Translations under genes and position numbers: made by a program
Notes under the pieces: generated by a model
Database searches by the model: none
The model's input: the letters and a program-made list of their open reading frames with translations, nothing else
Told to the model about the DNA's origin: nothing
Part shown: positions 12,651 through 24,903 of the stretch, in pieces
How positions within the stretch are numbered: the first letter of the stretch is position 1
How the letters are laid out: each line of letters starts with the position of its first letter
From: Camelus dromedarius
Lineage: Eukaryota
Assembly: GCF_036321535.1 (NCBI RefSeq)
Contig: NC_087436.1
Location: 74,650,001 to 74,714,000, forward strand
Direction: 5' to 3'
Length of the DNA stretch: 64,000 nt

Positions 12651-13293
12651 TGAGATGGGAGGGAAGAGGGCAGGGCACAGCCATTGAAGGAATGACACAG
12701 CAATTGAAGATTTGATTCCCTGGAGCCCTTGAGGCCAAGATGGTGGAAGATTTGACTTCCAGTGGACCTTGAGCTTCATTATACACTCACTGTAATATAC
12801 TAGCATGGTGAATGACACACCCACAGGTGCCATGACAGTTCCAAGGCTGACTTTAGGTCAAAAAGTTGGTGGTGGCTCAGTTCCTGGGAATCCCAGCCCC
12901 TAACCCAAAAGCAGTTGGAATAATCCTCCCACTTGTTAGCATATGACATTACCGAACCCCGAAAAACTAACAGCACCACACCCCAGGCCTCTCGCACTCT
13001 CTCACTTTCAGAGATGGCCCGAGCTCTGGCTATGGATTGTGTATCTACTTTTACTTTAAACTAAACACACCCCCTCCACCCCCACCACCATGCCTCGTTG
13101 TCTCTCTGGCCTTCTGAGATGGCCTACGCTCAGCCAATGGTGTGTGCATCTCTCTGAATAATTCTAGTTTTACTCAACTAAGGCTCCTTCTTGAATTCTT
13201 TCCTGCACAAAGCCAAGGACCCTCACTCGGCAGGTGCCCCCAGGGACTCTCCTGGGACACAACCATCCTCTCGCGCCCCATTTTCCTGTATCG
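12651..13293 (+). mobile_element. Solo ERV1-type LTR
   Basis: Begins TGAGA; near-TSD atag/acag; aligns by eye with the reverse copy at 40580-41098 and the fragment at 30320-30498. Confidence 0.85.
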
Positions 13294-13498
13294 ACAGCGT
13301 TATCCAGTTAAACTCTAGGCTCTCAAAAATTTCCAATGGTGCCTACGTCTGCAGATCTTGTGTGGCAGTACCCACATATTTGCCACTATCACTTTTAAAG
13401 TTGGTTTCCAAGAGAGTTTGAGGCTCTAGATCTAGAGTAATCTGATTTGTCTTCTAAGACATAAACTGGATGAAGCACGAGGCAGCCTTCACACCGAG

Positions 13499-13650
13499 CA
13501 GAGTTTCTCAACCTCAGCACCACTGTTGTTTTGGGCTGACTAATTCTGTATGAGAGAGGTGCCTCGTGCACTGAAGGATGTTTAGCAGTACCTGGTTTCC
13601 TTGGGGTCTCCAGTGTGCTAAATGCTGTAGCCCAGCAGTCAACAATACTT
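13499..13650. mobile_element. hAT-Charlie MITE fragment (MER20-like)
   Basis: CAGAGTTTCTCAACCTCAGCAC...TAATTCT...GTGCACTGAAGGATGTTTAGCAG. Confidence 0.7.
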
Positions 13651-16303
13651 TGTTTTTTTCCACCTTCAAGCAGTAAGTAAGAGCTGATCTCTGGCCCCTC
13701 CCCTCAGTGGAGGGCTTTGAGCCCATTTTCCCTTCTGAGCTCTAACTCATCACTGCCAACTTCCATCCTGAGCTCTCAGCAGGCCAGGAGCTTCAACCCA
13801 CTCCTTTACATTTCTGCTTTTTATCCTATTCTGTGAGACACTCCATATCCTTCTAATGAATTTGTTTTATACTATTGATGTTTTTCCCCCCCAATTCAGT
13901 AAATAGCAACTCCATTCTTCCAGTTGCTCAGAACAGAAACTATGTATTCATCTTTGACTCTTTCTTTCCTCACATCCTGTGTCACTCAGTGTCCCGGCAG
14001 ATACAGATAGTACCCTAAATGGATGCTTTACAAATGTGTGGTCAGGCTCAGGGAAACGAACAAGAAACAATGAAGCTCCCAAGGGGTAGTCACAGTGTGA
14101 AGCCATTACTACCCCCAGGCTGGAAGGAGTCAGGGGTGGGAAGCGTTCACCAAACCTAGCAAGAATGACTGCCTGACAGGAGAGAGGGACAGCCATTGCT
14201 GACCTAGAGCCAAGGAGGACAGGAGCCAGAAAAAGGAAGATCCCAGTCCTGTTCTTCTGCCCTCCAGTCTCCTTTCAGGTCATTTCATTGTCTGAACCTA
14301 TCCAAAGGAGGACTGGTGAATCCAGGTGTGTGGTCCGTGGAGGTTATTCAGGCTCTGGGAAAGGGTGGAGGGTGGATCTGAAGAAGCAATTGGAGAATCC
14401 CTGTGCACCCTCAGCAGCAAAGCTCTGCCTTGAAATCAATCCAGAATCGAACTCTCACTACCTCCCTTGTTACCTTCTTAGTTCCAGCCACTGTTTCTCA
14501 CCTGGACAACAGCATTAGCCTCCCACCTCTATCCCTTAACACAACTTTATTTTTTTTTACAGTACTTATGACCCTCTAAAAATATTACATATGGTTTGTT
14601 TATTTGCTTATTGTCTATCTCTCTCCACTAGAATGTAAATTCCATTAAATCACAAACTTAATCTATTTTTTAAAATTTCTTACACATTTTAGATGGTCAA
14701 AAATATTTAATTAATTAATACTTAAGTTAATCTGATTTGGTTTCTGTTGCTTATTTCCAAAGAACTTAGATGATTTCAAGTGGGTACAATGTAATCTCAT
14801 TTTTTAAAGTTTTTTTGTGTGTGTGTCTGTGTGCGTACAAAAAAGAATGGAAGTATACTCAAAAATGTTAGAAGCAATTACCATTGGAGAGTGAGATTTG
14901 GGGTAAGTTGAATTTTCTTTTTTTGATTTTAATACTTCTGAGATTTTCTAAATGACTGCATATGTCCCTTGTAATAAGATAAAAATAAGTACCTTTAATT
15001 TAAAGTACTGACTGGCATCCACCAGATCTTCTGGAGAAGCCTGAAAGTTCTCTTCCATCCCTTGGCTTCCTGTCACTATCTGACTGTGGCATTGCCAAAC
15101 CTTTCCCAGTCTTTTTAAGGACTCGTGCTGCATCAGTTTCCCTGGTGTCTACCTGGGTCTGTGCTGCAGGAAGCTGCTTCAGGATGTTGCAACAATCTGG
15201 CTCCCTTGCTCTCTGGCCTCCAGTTGGGTTCAGCTAATGGCATTAGCTGAAATCTAGGGGGCAAGAGGGGAGCCAGGGGATTACTTAGTCCCCCAGCTCA
15301 TTCCTTGCCAATCCCTGCAGGTTGGCTTTGTCCTTTGACCTAAAGGCCACAGCTCCTGCCAGTGGTCCTCTCCAGCTTTTTCTGGGTCCCGTAAGAGTTC
15401 CCTCCTAGGCTTCTTTAGGCCTAAGAATGGTGATGGTCCCCCCCACCCCCAATCACTAGCCCTGGGGTAACACATCATCCCTTGTTCTTCCTAATCCCGG
15501 CTCACAACTCTATAAACTCTCCTCCAGTTCCCAGTTCAAATGTTCCATACCTTTTCTCCAAAGGTCCCAAGAAAGCACTCAACCTCATCCTCCTCTCTCA
15601 CTCTCAGCACACGACCTGCCTTGTTCTTTATTTTTCACTGAGGTCTTGTGTCAGCTGTCCTCGCATCCCTCAGATGGCCACGCGTCATCACTTTACTAAA
15701 AGCAGTCTATATACTGGCCGGCTCTCACGTCTCATCGCGCTGCTCAGAGGACAGAACTCATCTTGCTCATAGCAGGGCTCTACCCTGTTTTCCTCTTACC
15801 TCTGAGAGCATCATTTTTCTTTCATTGTCTCTTCTACCTTCTCCCATAATTTAACTCTCGATGTTCCCAATGTGTCAAACCTTAATTTTGCCCCATGACA
15901 ATTTTTTTTAAAGAAGAAAGTTTATCTTCTCTCTCTCTTTTTTTTTTACTACTTTATTTATTACTTATATTCAGATAATTTTTCAAATATATACTTGCTG
16001 TCATTTAACTCAACTTCACTCCTTTATCTCTCCAATCAGACTCTGAATATTTAATGTGGATTTCTAATCATCTCCTCAAATCTAATATCATTTCATTCCC
16101 CTCAGTTGGATTTTTTCCTGTTGTCTGTGTTTTTTCCAATGGAATCTAAATTTATTGAGTTCAAGAGTTTAAGACATTGGAGTTATTTTTTAATGCTTTC
16201 ATTTTCTGTGCCCCTCAACTGCAATTACTTTCTAAATTCTATAATTTTTTTCTTAAACTCATATCTCAGAGTTCTCCCTTTCCATTCTCACTGTTGTAAT
16301 CAA

Positions 16304-16326
16304 TGTGTGTGTGTGTGTGTGTGTGT
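16304..16326. repeat. (TG)n microsatellite
   Basis: Uninterrupted run of about 11 TG units. Confidence 0.9.
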
Positions 16327-16597
16327 TTAACTATAAGCCAAGATTGTTGCAATAGTCACCTAACTTGTTTTCAAATTCCAGGTTCCCCCATTCCTAACAA
16401 GGATCAATATTTCTAGAATGTTACTAATATCATGTGGTTTTAGAATGTGACTCTAATTAATAATAATTACAACATCGACTAAGATTCTTTGAGTACCTTC
16501 TCTGTGCTGGCTGCTACACTAAGTTCTTTTTTACGTGAATTAATTATTTTAGTCCTCAGAAGACTCCTGTAAGTATCCAATTCTACAAGTGGGAGAA

Positions 16598-17118
16598 TTT
16601 TTTTGTTTCTACAAGTCAGACTTATTAGATTTGTTCACAGTCAGCAATGACGATCTTCTTGCTGGTCTTTGTGGACCATTTGTGGACCCCAAGCCCTCTG
16701 TGGCTCCCACAATATTCTTGTCCTCTCCCACCTTGCCAAAGACCACATACTTGTCATCCAACCCCTCAGTCTTGGCAGCGCAGATCCAAACCTGGGGACC
16801 GTTTGTGTTGGGTCCAGTGTTTGCCAAGAAGCCAGGACTAGTATGACTCAGGATGAAACTCTCATCAAATTTCTCCCCAGAGATGGACTTGCTGCCAGTG
16901 CTGTTATGGTGTGTCAAGTCACCACCCAGGCACATAAATCTTGGAATAATTCTGTGAAAACAGAAACCTTTATAACCAAATCCTTTCTCCCCAGTGCTCA
17001 GAGCGCAAAAGTTTTCTTCTGTCTTTAGAACTGTGGCTGCATACAGCTCATAGGCGATGTGATCCAAGGGCCCACCATCCAGGGCCATCAGCTCTGGGGT
17101 GGTGGCATCTGCAGGGCC
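16598..17118 (-). pseudogene. PPIA: Processed pseudogene of cyclophilin A (PPIA retrocopy)
   Basis: Intronless; reads [33 protein letters not shown]. Native start lost, C-terminal frameshift, ancestral stop TAA at 16627-16625, short A-rich tail at 16608-16598. Confidence 0.95.
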
Positions 17119-18076
17119 AGAAGAATTTGAGAACAGCTACTGGTGATTCTGGGATGCAAACTCAACGTGAAACCAGAAGTCGTGCTCTTCATCTTTTTTC
17201 TCTACTCTCCAAATCCGTCAACATGACTTCCAAAGCACTCCACGAATTGCCCCTACCCTTCTGATCCAATACCAGCTTTTGTTTCTCTCTACATTATACT
17301 GAGGGTGTGTTCATTAATGCACCATAAACACCCAATATTTATTCCAGATTTTTTTTTCTTTTATTCCAGGGTTTTCTGCCTTTACCTTTGTACCTTTATC
17401 TTTTCTTCTGCTGTCAGATCAAATTCTCTTTCTGAGTTAAGGTCTGGCCCCAGACCACAGTGAAGTCTTCACACATGCTATACTATGCATGGATCTTTCT
17501 TTTCTCAGAGCCTCTGAGACTACTTACTGTCTGTACCATTGCTTTCACATTCAATCATGTGGTACTTTGAATTTTTATTGAACCATACATGTACAATTGC
17601 TATTTATTCAACCCCCTCTGCCCCCCCCCAATAAACAAAAATAAAAAATAATTTCAATAGGGTCTTGAAGGATGAGAAGAAATGTCTGAGGTTATTCTAA
17701 TTTGGTTAGGCTATAGGAAAAATGCGGAGAAACTCTGGTGAAAAGAGTCTAGGAAATTCTTGTGAAAGGAATCTGGAAAGATAACACAGGCAAATGGTAA
17801 AGGGCTTTGTGTCTGTGCAAAGGTGCCTGTATACCAGCTTCTCTATTAGTAGTTCCCAAAGGCTTTGTTGTGTTGTACCAGAGATTTCCACAATCATAGG
17901 CCCACCAAATAATATCTGCTTATTACAAAAAGCACAGACACACGTTATGATTCTTGTAGATACTGTTCTCATTAATAAAATAGCAACGCATTTGAAGGTG
18001 TTTCTGAAGTTATAGTGACTTTTTGGCACTTTACAGTCTGTTAGTTAATGAATTCTAAAAGAATTACCATGCGTCC

Positions 18077-18240
18077 TGTGCTAGTTATGAATTTATTGCC
18101 TCTCAGCTCCAAACTCACCCTTCATAGCCTGCTCCCCAAAAATGGATCTGAATCTCTTAAATATTTTCCCTTTGCAGCTCGCATAACGTTACCCTTTGTG
18201 GAGAGCCCTAGAGAGACATTTCGAGAGAAAGGTTCAGGAA
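18077..18240 (+). mobile_element. ERV-L LTR 5' fragment (LTR40/LTR41-like)
   Basis: TGTGCTAGTTATGAATTTATTGCCTCTCAGCTCCAAACTCACCCTTC, similar to the start of the reverse LTR ending at 39149. Confidence 0.6.
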
Positions 18241-19891
18241 TCACTCTGGCTATTCCATTGAGAATGGATATGGAGGAAGAATTGACTGCATTCGCAGGAA
18301 GACCAGTTCATTTGCTTATTTATCTTTTGATTTAACCAAGATTTATAAGAACCTACTCAATGTCAGGCAATATGGATAGTTGGATAAAGAAGACAGTCCC
18401 TGTCTTAAGAAGCACAGAGAGGAAGAGAGTTGAGTACGTTAATGATGATAAGGAGTGCGTTCTGTACAGATCTAGAGAAGCCACGGATGCTGTGAGAGCT
18501 GGAGGGACAGCTAATCACACTGGGAGGAAACAACTATATTCTAGGGGAAATCTTCTGAATCAAATCGTGAAGGAAAATAAAACTTATTCAGGTGAGCAAA
18601 GGGCCAAACTATGGTCTAGCTGATTGCACTCCATGTAAGGTGTGAGGACACTGACGGAGCAGTTGAGTGTCGGGATGGGTGCCTGGTGAGGTTGGTGACA
18701 GATGAAGTTAGAAAAGTTGGACCCAGCTTATGGAAGGTCTTCCAAGCTCTTTGATATTTGGAATATTTCCATATTTAAAAACTTTTTATTTGGAAACAAT
18801 CTCAAATTTAGAGAAAAGTTGAAAGAACAGAACAAATAACTTTTTTTCCCCTGGAATCATTTAAGATGCTTAATCATCTCCTTGCCCCAAATGCCTTAGT
18901 GTGTGTTATACAAATAGGGACATTTTCCTATATAACCATAACACAACTGCCGAAACTAGGAAAGGAACGTTGGCCTATTACTACCATCTCATGTTTCACT
19001 AGTTGTTCCAATAATTTTTTTTATAGTAAAAGGATCCAGTCCAGAATAAAGCACTGTGCTTAGCTGTCATTTCTCTTTAGTTTCCATCAGCCTGGAACAG
19101 TTCCTCACCCTTCCCTCGATTTTCATTTCCTTGATGCTTTTGAAGATTACCCCACACTGTGGGGTTGTTAGATGTTTCCTCATGACTGGGTTCAAGTCAT
19201 GCATCCTTGGTAGGTGTATTCCAGAGGCAATGTGGTATTTTTCTCATGGTACCCCATCACATGACAAATGACTTTAATTAGCCCCATCACTGGTGATTTT
19301 AACTTTGATCACTTTATTAAATTTGTGTCTGCCAGGCTTTTCCACTGCATGATTGCTTTTTTTTCCCCCTTATAATAAATAAATATTTTATGGGGAGATA
19401 CTTAGAGACTATTTAAATTATTGTTCCTTTTCAAATGGTCAGTTAATTCATTTGTTTATATCATGTGGATGAGTATGGACTCATGTTATTCTATTTTAGT
19501 CAAGACTTAAGTGTTCTTTGGAAATTTTCCCATTACTCTCCAAACCCAACCTTACTTTCTGGACCAAGATGCTCCAGCCTTATTGTACATTTCCTGCCCC
19601 AGCATTGGACTCATCTATTTCTCTGGTTCCTTTTAATAAAGAAGAATATTGAGAAACCAACATCCAGGCACTAGTAGGCTTATTGCTATAGGGGTGACAC
19701 TGCTCCCAAACCCTCAGAACAGACATGTATACATGCACATATATGTGGTTATATCTATGTTTATTTTCCATATCATTTTTGATATTGAAAGCCTTGAGTT
19801 CACACCAATAGTCCCATTTCTAAGCCAACATCTCATTCTTATTTTCTCCTTTTATATAATTGTAACTTATTTCTCTAGAAATGAGAAGCCT

Positions 19892-20077
19892 TGGGGGGGG
19901 GGGTAGCTTAAGTGATAGAGCGCATGCTTAGCATGCCCCAGGTCCTGGGTTCAATCCCCAGTACCTCCTCTAAGAATAAATAAATCTAATTACCTCCCCT
20001 GACCCCCACCAAAATAAAAGAATTACATAATACAATAACAAATAAATAAAAGATATTTTTAAAAAAGGAAAGGAAAA
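19892..20077 (+). mobile_element. tRNA-derived SINE (Vic-1-like) with 15-bp TSD
   Basis: A/B boxes and TAAATCTAATTACCTCCCC tail; perfect TSD agaaatgagaagcct at 19877-19891 and 20078-20092. Confidence 0.92.
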
Positions 20078-21368
20078 AGAAATGAGAAGCCTGGCTCCCT
20101 TATCTTCAATGTATTTACTTATCTGATCAATCTTCTATTCATAACTGTTTCCCCTAACTGCCACCACCATCTCACCACTGCAAATACCCTTGTCACCTGG
20201 ACTGGGCTGTGACACCCCACACTGGGCTGCCCCTCTGCCCTCCCAGATGCTCTCCTCTTACTGCTGGGGCTCCTGCATCCTGAGCTGGGTCAGTTCCCTG
20301 CAGACTCTGCTGTCCCACGTGCCGAGGCTCTTCTCGCACTCACCCACGGGGACACCCACCTTGCAGAGGCCCACCCAGTCTCATGTGCTTTGGATTGAAT
20401 TGTTCAAGAAGTAAACAATTGAATGGAAGAGAGACAAAGAATGAAATGGAAAGAGAAAGAGAAGAAGGACATTTCTAGTTAAAAAAATATTTTTGTACTT
20501 GAGTCTTTATCACTAATTCAAATTATTCTCTGAGATATGTTCCCCCAAATTCAATTACTGGGTCAAATGTTATAAACTAAATAACTTGTCTTAATTTTTA
20601 CACCTGCCAGCAGTACATGACAGTGTCTATTTTATCCTAGACAGCTTTGAGTATCATATCTAATTTTTAAAGAGTTTTTTGTTAATTTTGTAGATGAAAA
20701 TAATATATTATTTTATTTTCTATTTCTTTGGTTGCTAGTTAGGTTGAACATTTTTCTATTTGTTCATTTAGCCATTTTTAGCTTCTCTTTCATAAATGTT
20801 CATTTTCTTGTCCATTTACATAGAATTTTAGTATTTTTCTTAGGTCTGTATGTTAATGATAATAACACTTAGTCATATTCATTGCAAGAAAGATTAGCTA
20901 GCTTCCCCTGGCCACTTTCTACATTTGTATGTGCTTTTCTCTATGCCAATCAATTTCTTCTCAGGTAAATACAAACTAAGGATTATATTACTCTAAGAAA
21001 ACATAACATTAGGGAAATAAATGGCCTGTTACAAAGCCATTCAAATATATGGCGTACTTTTAAAAAACAAACTATTTGTAGATCAGTTTTATCTTTTTTA
21101 CTCTCTGTTAATTTGACAGATTTATCTAATTCTTCTCTCAATTTTTCCACTTTATATAATTTGAGGCTACACCTCAATTTAATGTTTTATTGCTGGTGAA
21201 ACAAATTTTTCATCATGTATCTCTTTTATCCCTAATATTGTTTTTAAATCTTACAGTCTACTTTAATGCTGTGACATCAGTTTTTTGAAGGTTAGTATTT
21301 GCATGCTATAACACTTTCAATGTTTCATTTTCAATCTTTTCGTACCCCTATGTTTTAGGTGTGTCTCC

Positions 21369-21850
21369 TGTTGTGAGTCAGGATCCTGGCAGGAAATAAG
21401 CAGGCAGTGCACTCCAAATGGTAATTGAAGAGAGTTTAATGAAGAAATTCTTTAGAGAGGTGTGGACAGCATTAGAGTAACCAATAAAAGATGGTGAAAT
21501 ACTTAAGCACCAGAAACAGAGAAAAATGTTTATCCCCCAGCCCTGAAGTGTCAAAGAGAAGGAGTAGTGTTACTGATACCCAACGTAAGCTGCTGCCGGG
21601 AGAGGGGGCACCTGCAGGATCTGTGGTCTTAAGTAGAGATAACACAACCACTGAAAAATTCTGGTCCAGCAGGGAGGGAAACTAGGGGGATTAATATCCC
21701 TACTTCTTCCCCTCCAGCCCTGTAATCTACTGTCACTTTCTGCTATTGGGTAAACCCAACCAGAAGTTAGAGAGCAAAGGATCTCAGGGGATGCAGAGCA
21801 TGAGCTGGGCCCAGAGCCAGGCAGAGAAGGGTGGAGAAGAGCCAGCACAC
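21369..21850 (-). mobile_element. Old ERV-L-class LTR (LTR33-like)
   Basis: TGTGAGTCAGGATCCTGGCAGGAAA...GAAGAGAGTTTAATGAAG...AACCCAACCAGAAGTTAGAGAGCAAAGGA; a GC-richer block within the L1M. Confidence 0.55.
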
Positions 21851-23350
21851 ATGTAAACAGCTCAGAGCTGGATTTTGTTGCTATTATCCAGTCTGATACT
21901 TTTTTTTTTTTAATGGCACATTTAGCCCATTTACTTACATTTGTTGAGATTACTAGCATAATTTAGTTCTAAGACATTGTTTTATGTCTCACATTAGCTA
22001 TGATTTTTCTCTTGTCATGACTGCATTTTGATTACTTGAGCAATTTTTCTCATTCTAATCATTCCATTTCTATTATTTTAGCATTACTTTAGAAATTTAT
22101 CATCAGTACCTTTAACTTCCTCCTAAACAAGAGTTGGATTTTGTAATACTTTTGCTCTGATTACCTGTCTTCTGACTTTTGTGCAATTGTTGGGTATTTT
22201 TAACCCATTAAGATATTATTGTTTTATATGTAAATATATTATATTTATATACACTATAAATATATATTTGTAATATTTAGTCAGTATTTATTTAGATCTA
22301 CCTACTTTCTTTGCTTATCACTCATTCCTGCATCTAGGACTTTTCATCTCAAGTCACTTTCCTTCTTTCAATCTCTTGGAACATCCTCTGTTGAGATCTA
22401 TTGGTAATAAACTTGGCATTCTTGTTTTTGCAAATGTCTTTATTTCATCTTCATTATTGAATTATATTTTTACCAGGTATATAATTTTAGGATGACATCT
22501 TTGAAGAGATGATTCTACTGCCATAGGACTTTCATATATTTGTTGAGAAGTCTGACGTCTGCAATTGTTACTCCTTGAAAGGATAGACTTTTAAAGGATA
22601 GACTTTCTCTTTGTTTCTGGGTTGCTGCACTGTGATTATGTGTAGGTGTGGATTTGTTCTTAAATATCCTGCTTGGGATTCATGGATAATTATAAAACAG
22701 CTTTTTTTTTTCTTTTTCATTGGTTTGTTAAAATTGTCAGATCTTGTCTTTTCAAATATTGCTTCTACCTCATTCTCTCCTCTCCTTTTTGAACTCTGAA
22801 TAGGTATATATTAGACCTTTTCTTCTATCCTCATGTTGTTTGACCACTCCTTTGTATTTTCTATCAGCTTGACTCTCTGTGCTGGGTTCTACATAATTTC
22901 CTCAGATCTATAGTCCAGTTTATGATTTTTTTTTTTTATGTAATGTGGCTAATCTGCTGTTTGGCTTGTCCACTGAGTTTTAAATTTTAATTCTTATATA
23001 TTTTATTATTAGAAATTCTTGCTGGTTCTTTTTCAAATCTGCTTAGTCAATTTTAAAGTCTTTTATTCCATATTCATATTTTCAAACCTTTCTTTTATTC
23101 CTTTGGACATCTTAAGCATAGGCATTTTATTTTCTGTATCTAATAATTCAAATATCTGAAGGTTTGTGGGTCTTACCCTTCTGTTGGTTGTTTTTGCTGG
23201 CTCTTGCAATAATAAAATACCTTATTTCTTTATGAATTTTATGCATCTTGTGATTCTTGTGCTGCTATTCTTTGAAACTTTATCTGGGGTGAAACTTTGA
23301 GACCTGAGTTGAAAAACAAGCTCTTCCAGAAAGAGTTTGCCTGTGCTTCT

Positions 23351-23925
23351 GGTTGGTGAATTGTAGGATCCAAAGATGGTGACAGCATCTCCCATCCCAT
23401 GTGCTCTTCTTACAGTGTGGCTTTGACACTCTTCCCATTGGGAAGTGGGGTCTGTCCTCCTGCTCCTTGAATCTGGGAGGGATTGTAGAGTGGAAGTGAT
23501 TCTATGTGACTTCCAAGGCTGGGAGATAAAAGGCAACAAGAGTTTACCCCTATTTCTCTTCAGATGTTTTGCACTTGGAACCAGCCACCAGGCTGTGAGA
23601 AAGCCAATGCAGCCACATAGAAAGGTCATATGTAAGTCTTCTTACCAATAGCCTCGGCTGAAGTCCTAGCCAACAGCCTGTGTCAGCCACCAGCCATGCA
23701 GGGAAGCAAGCTTACAGATAATTACAGCTTCCAGCCCAAGTCACCTCCTGGTCTTCGAGTCTTCTCAGATAGGCGCCAGATATCATGGACCAGAGATAAG
23801 TTGTCCCTGTCATGAAATTTCCAAATTCTTGACCCACAGAATCCATGAGTATGATAACATTCCTGTTGTTTTATACTGAGTTTGGGGAAGCACAGATTTT
23901 TGTTCAGCAGTCAATAACCAGAACA
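23351..23925 (+). mobile_element. MaLR LTR (MLT1E/F/G-like)
   Basis: CCAAAGATGG...CCCATCCCATGTGCTCTTCT...TGACTTCCAAGGCT...CAAATTCTTGACCCACAGAATC...TAACCAGAACA; near-TSD cttct/cttcg. Confidence 0.8.
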
Positions 23926-24513
23926 CTTCGCCAGATACCTGAGGGCAAGACCAACTTAAGGCTACTTGAGATGAAACTAGGCTTTAGGGGTTTTGAGGGC
24001 AACAAAAGTATTATAAATTCAGGCTACCCCCCCCCCCCCCGCTCGAGGCTGTTTGTAACTGTGAATTATTAGGAGGGATATTTTGTCCCTCTACACAATG
24101 CCATGGTTCAAGAGTGACCATTTTCCTTGTGGCCCCATGGTTAGGTGGTAGGAGTTGGGAACAGGCATTTTCTAGCTCACTCGTATGTAAACTGAGTGTT
24201 TATCCCTTTCATTCAGGGGAGCTGTAATTATATTCCTCACTCTGGGTAGGTTTTGGGTTTCATCTGTTTTCTGCTCCCTGCAAATTCAAGAAAAAGAAAA
24301 AGAAAAACAAAACTTAAGGTGCTTAAGATTACCAGGTTTGACAAGTGCCCTCAAAGTGAAACTGGTTTCACTGCTTTTTTTTACCTAGGTTCCCATTTTA
24401 ACTTGGGTTTTGGTCTATGTGTCTATTTCCACCCCTTCCCCTAGCTCTTTAATGCTTTGCATATGAAAAGTGGAATTTCTGGTGGTTTTCAGCAGATGGT
24501 TTGGTCGGGACCT

Positions 24514-24903
24514 TGTTGTGGGTTGAATTGTGTCCCCCATCCCAAAATTTATATACTGAAGTCCTAAACTCCACTACATCAAATGGGACTGTTTTCAAAC
24601 ATAGGGTCTCTAACTAGGTGACTAAGACAAAATGCAGCCATTAGAGTGGGCTCTAACTCAATATGGATAGTGTCCTTTTAAGAAGAGGAAATTAGGACAT
24701 AGACGTGTACAGAGGGAAAACGATGTGAAGACAGAGGCAGAAGACAGACATCTACAAGCCAAGGGAGGGACCTCAAGAGAAACCAATCCTGCCAACACTT
24801 TGATCTCAAACTTCTAGCCTCCAGGACTGTGAGAAAGTAATTTTCTGTTGTTTAAGCCACCCGGTCTGTGGTACTTTGCATGGCAGCCCTGGCAAACTAA
24901 TAT
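24514..24903 (+). mobile_element. MaLR LTR (MLT1B-like)
   Basis: TGTTGTGGGTTGAATTGTGTCCCCC...CTTCTAGCCTCCAGGACTGTGAGA...TGTTGTTTAAGCCACCCGGTCTGTGGTACTTT...GCAAACTAAT. Confidence 0.85.

Larger units (their letters stand above)
18770..23350 (-). mobile_element. Ancient degraded L1M segments hosting later insertions
   Basis: Long T-rich tract with L1M antisense motifs (AAATTTAGAGAAAAGTTGAAAGA; TTTATTTCATCTTCATT; TGTTGAGAAGTCTG; CTAATCTGCTGTT). Boundaries are approximate and the tract is probably several pieces. Confidence 0.6.
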
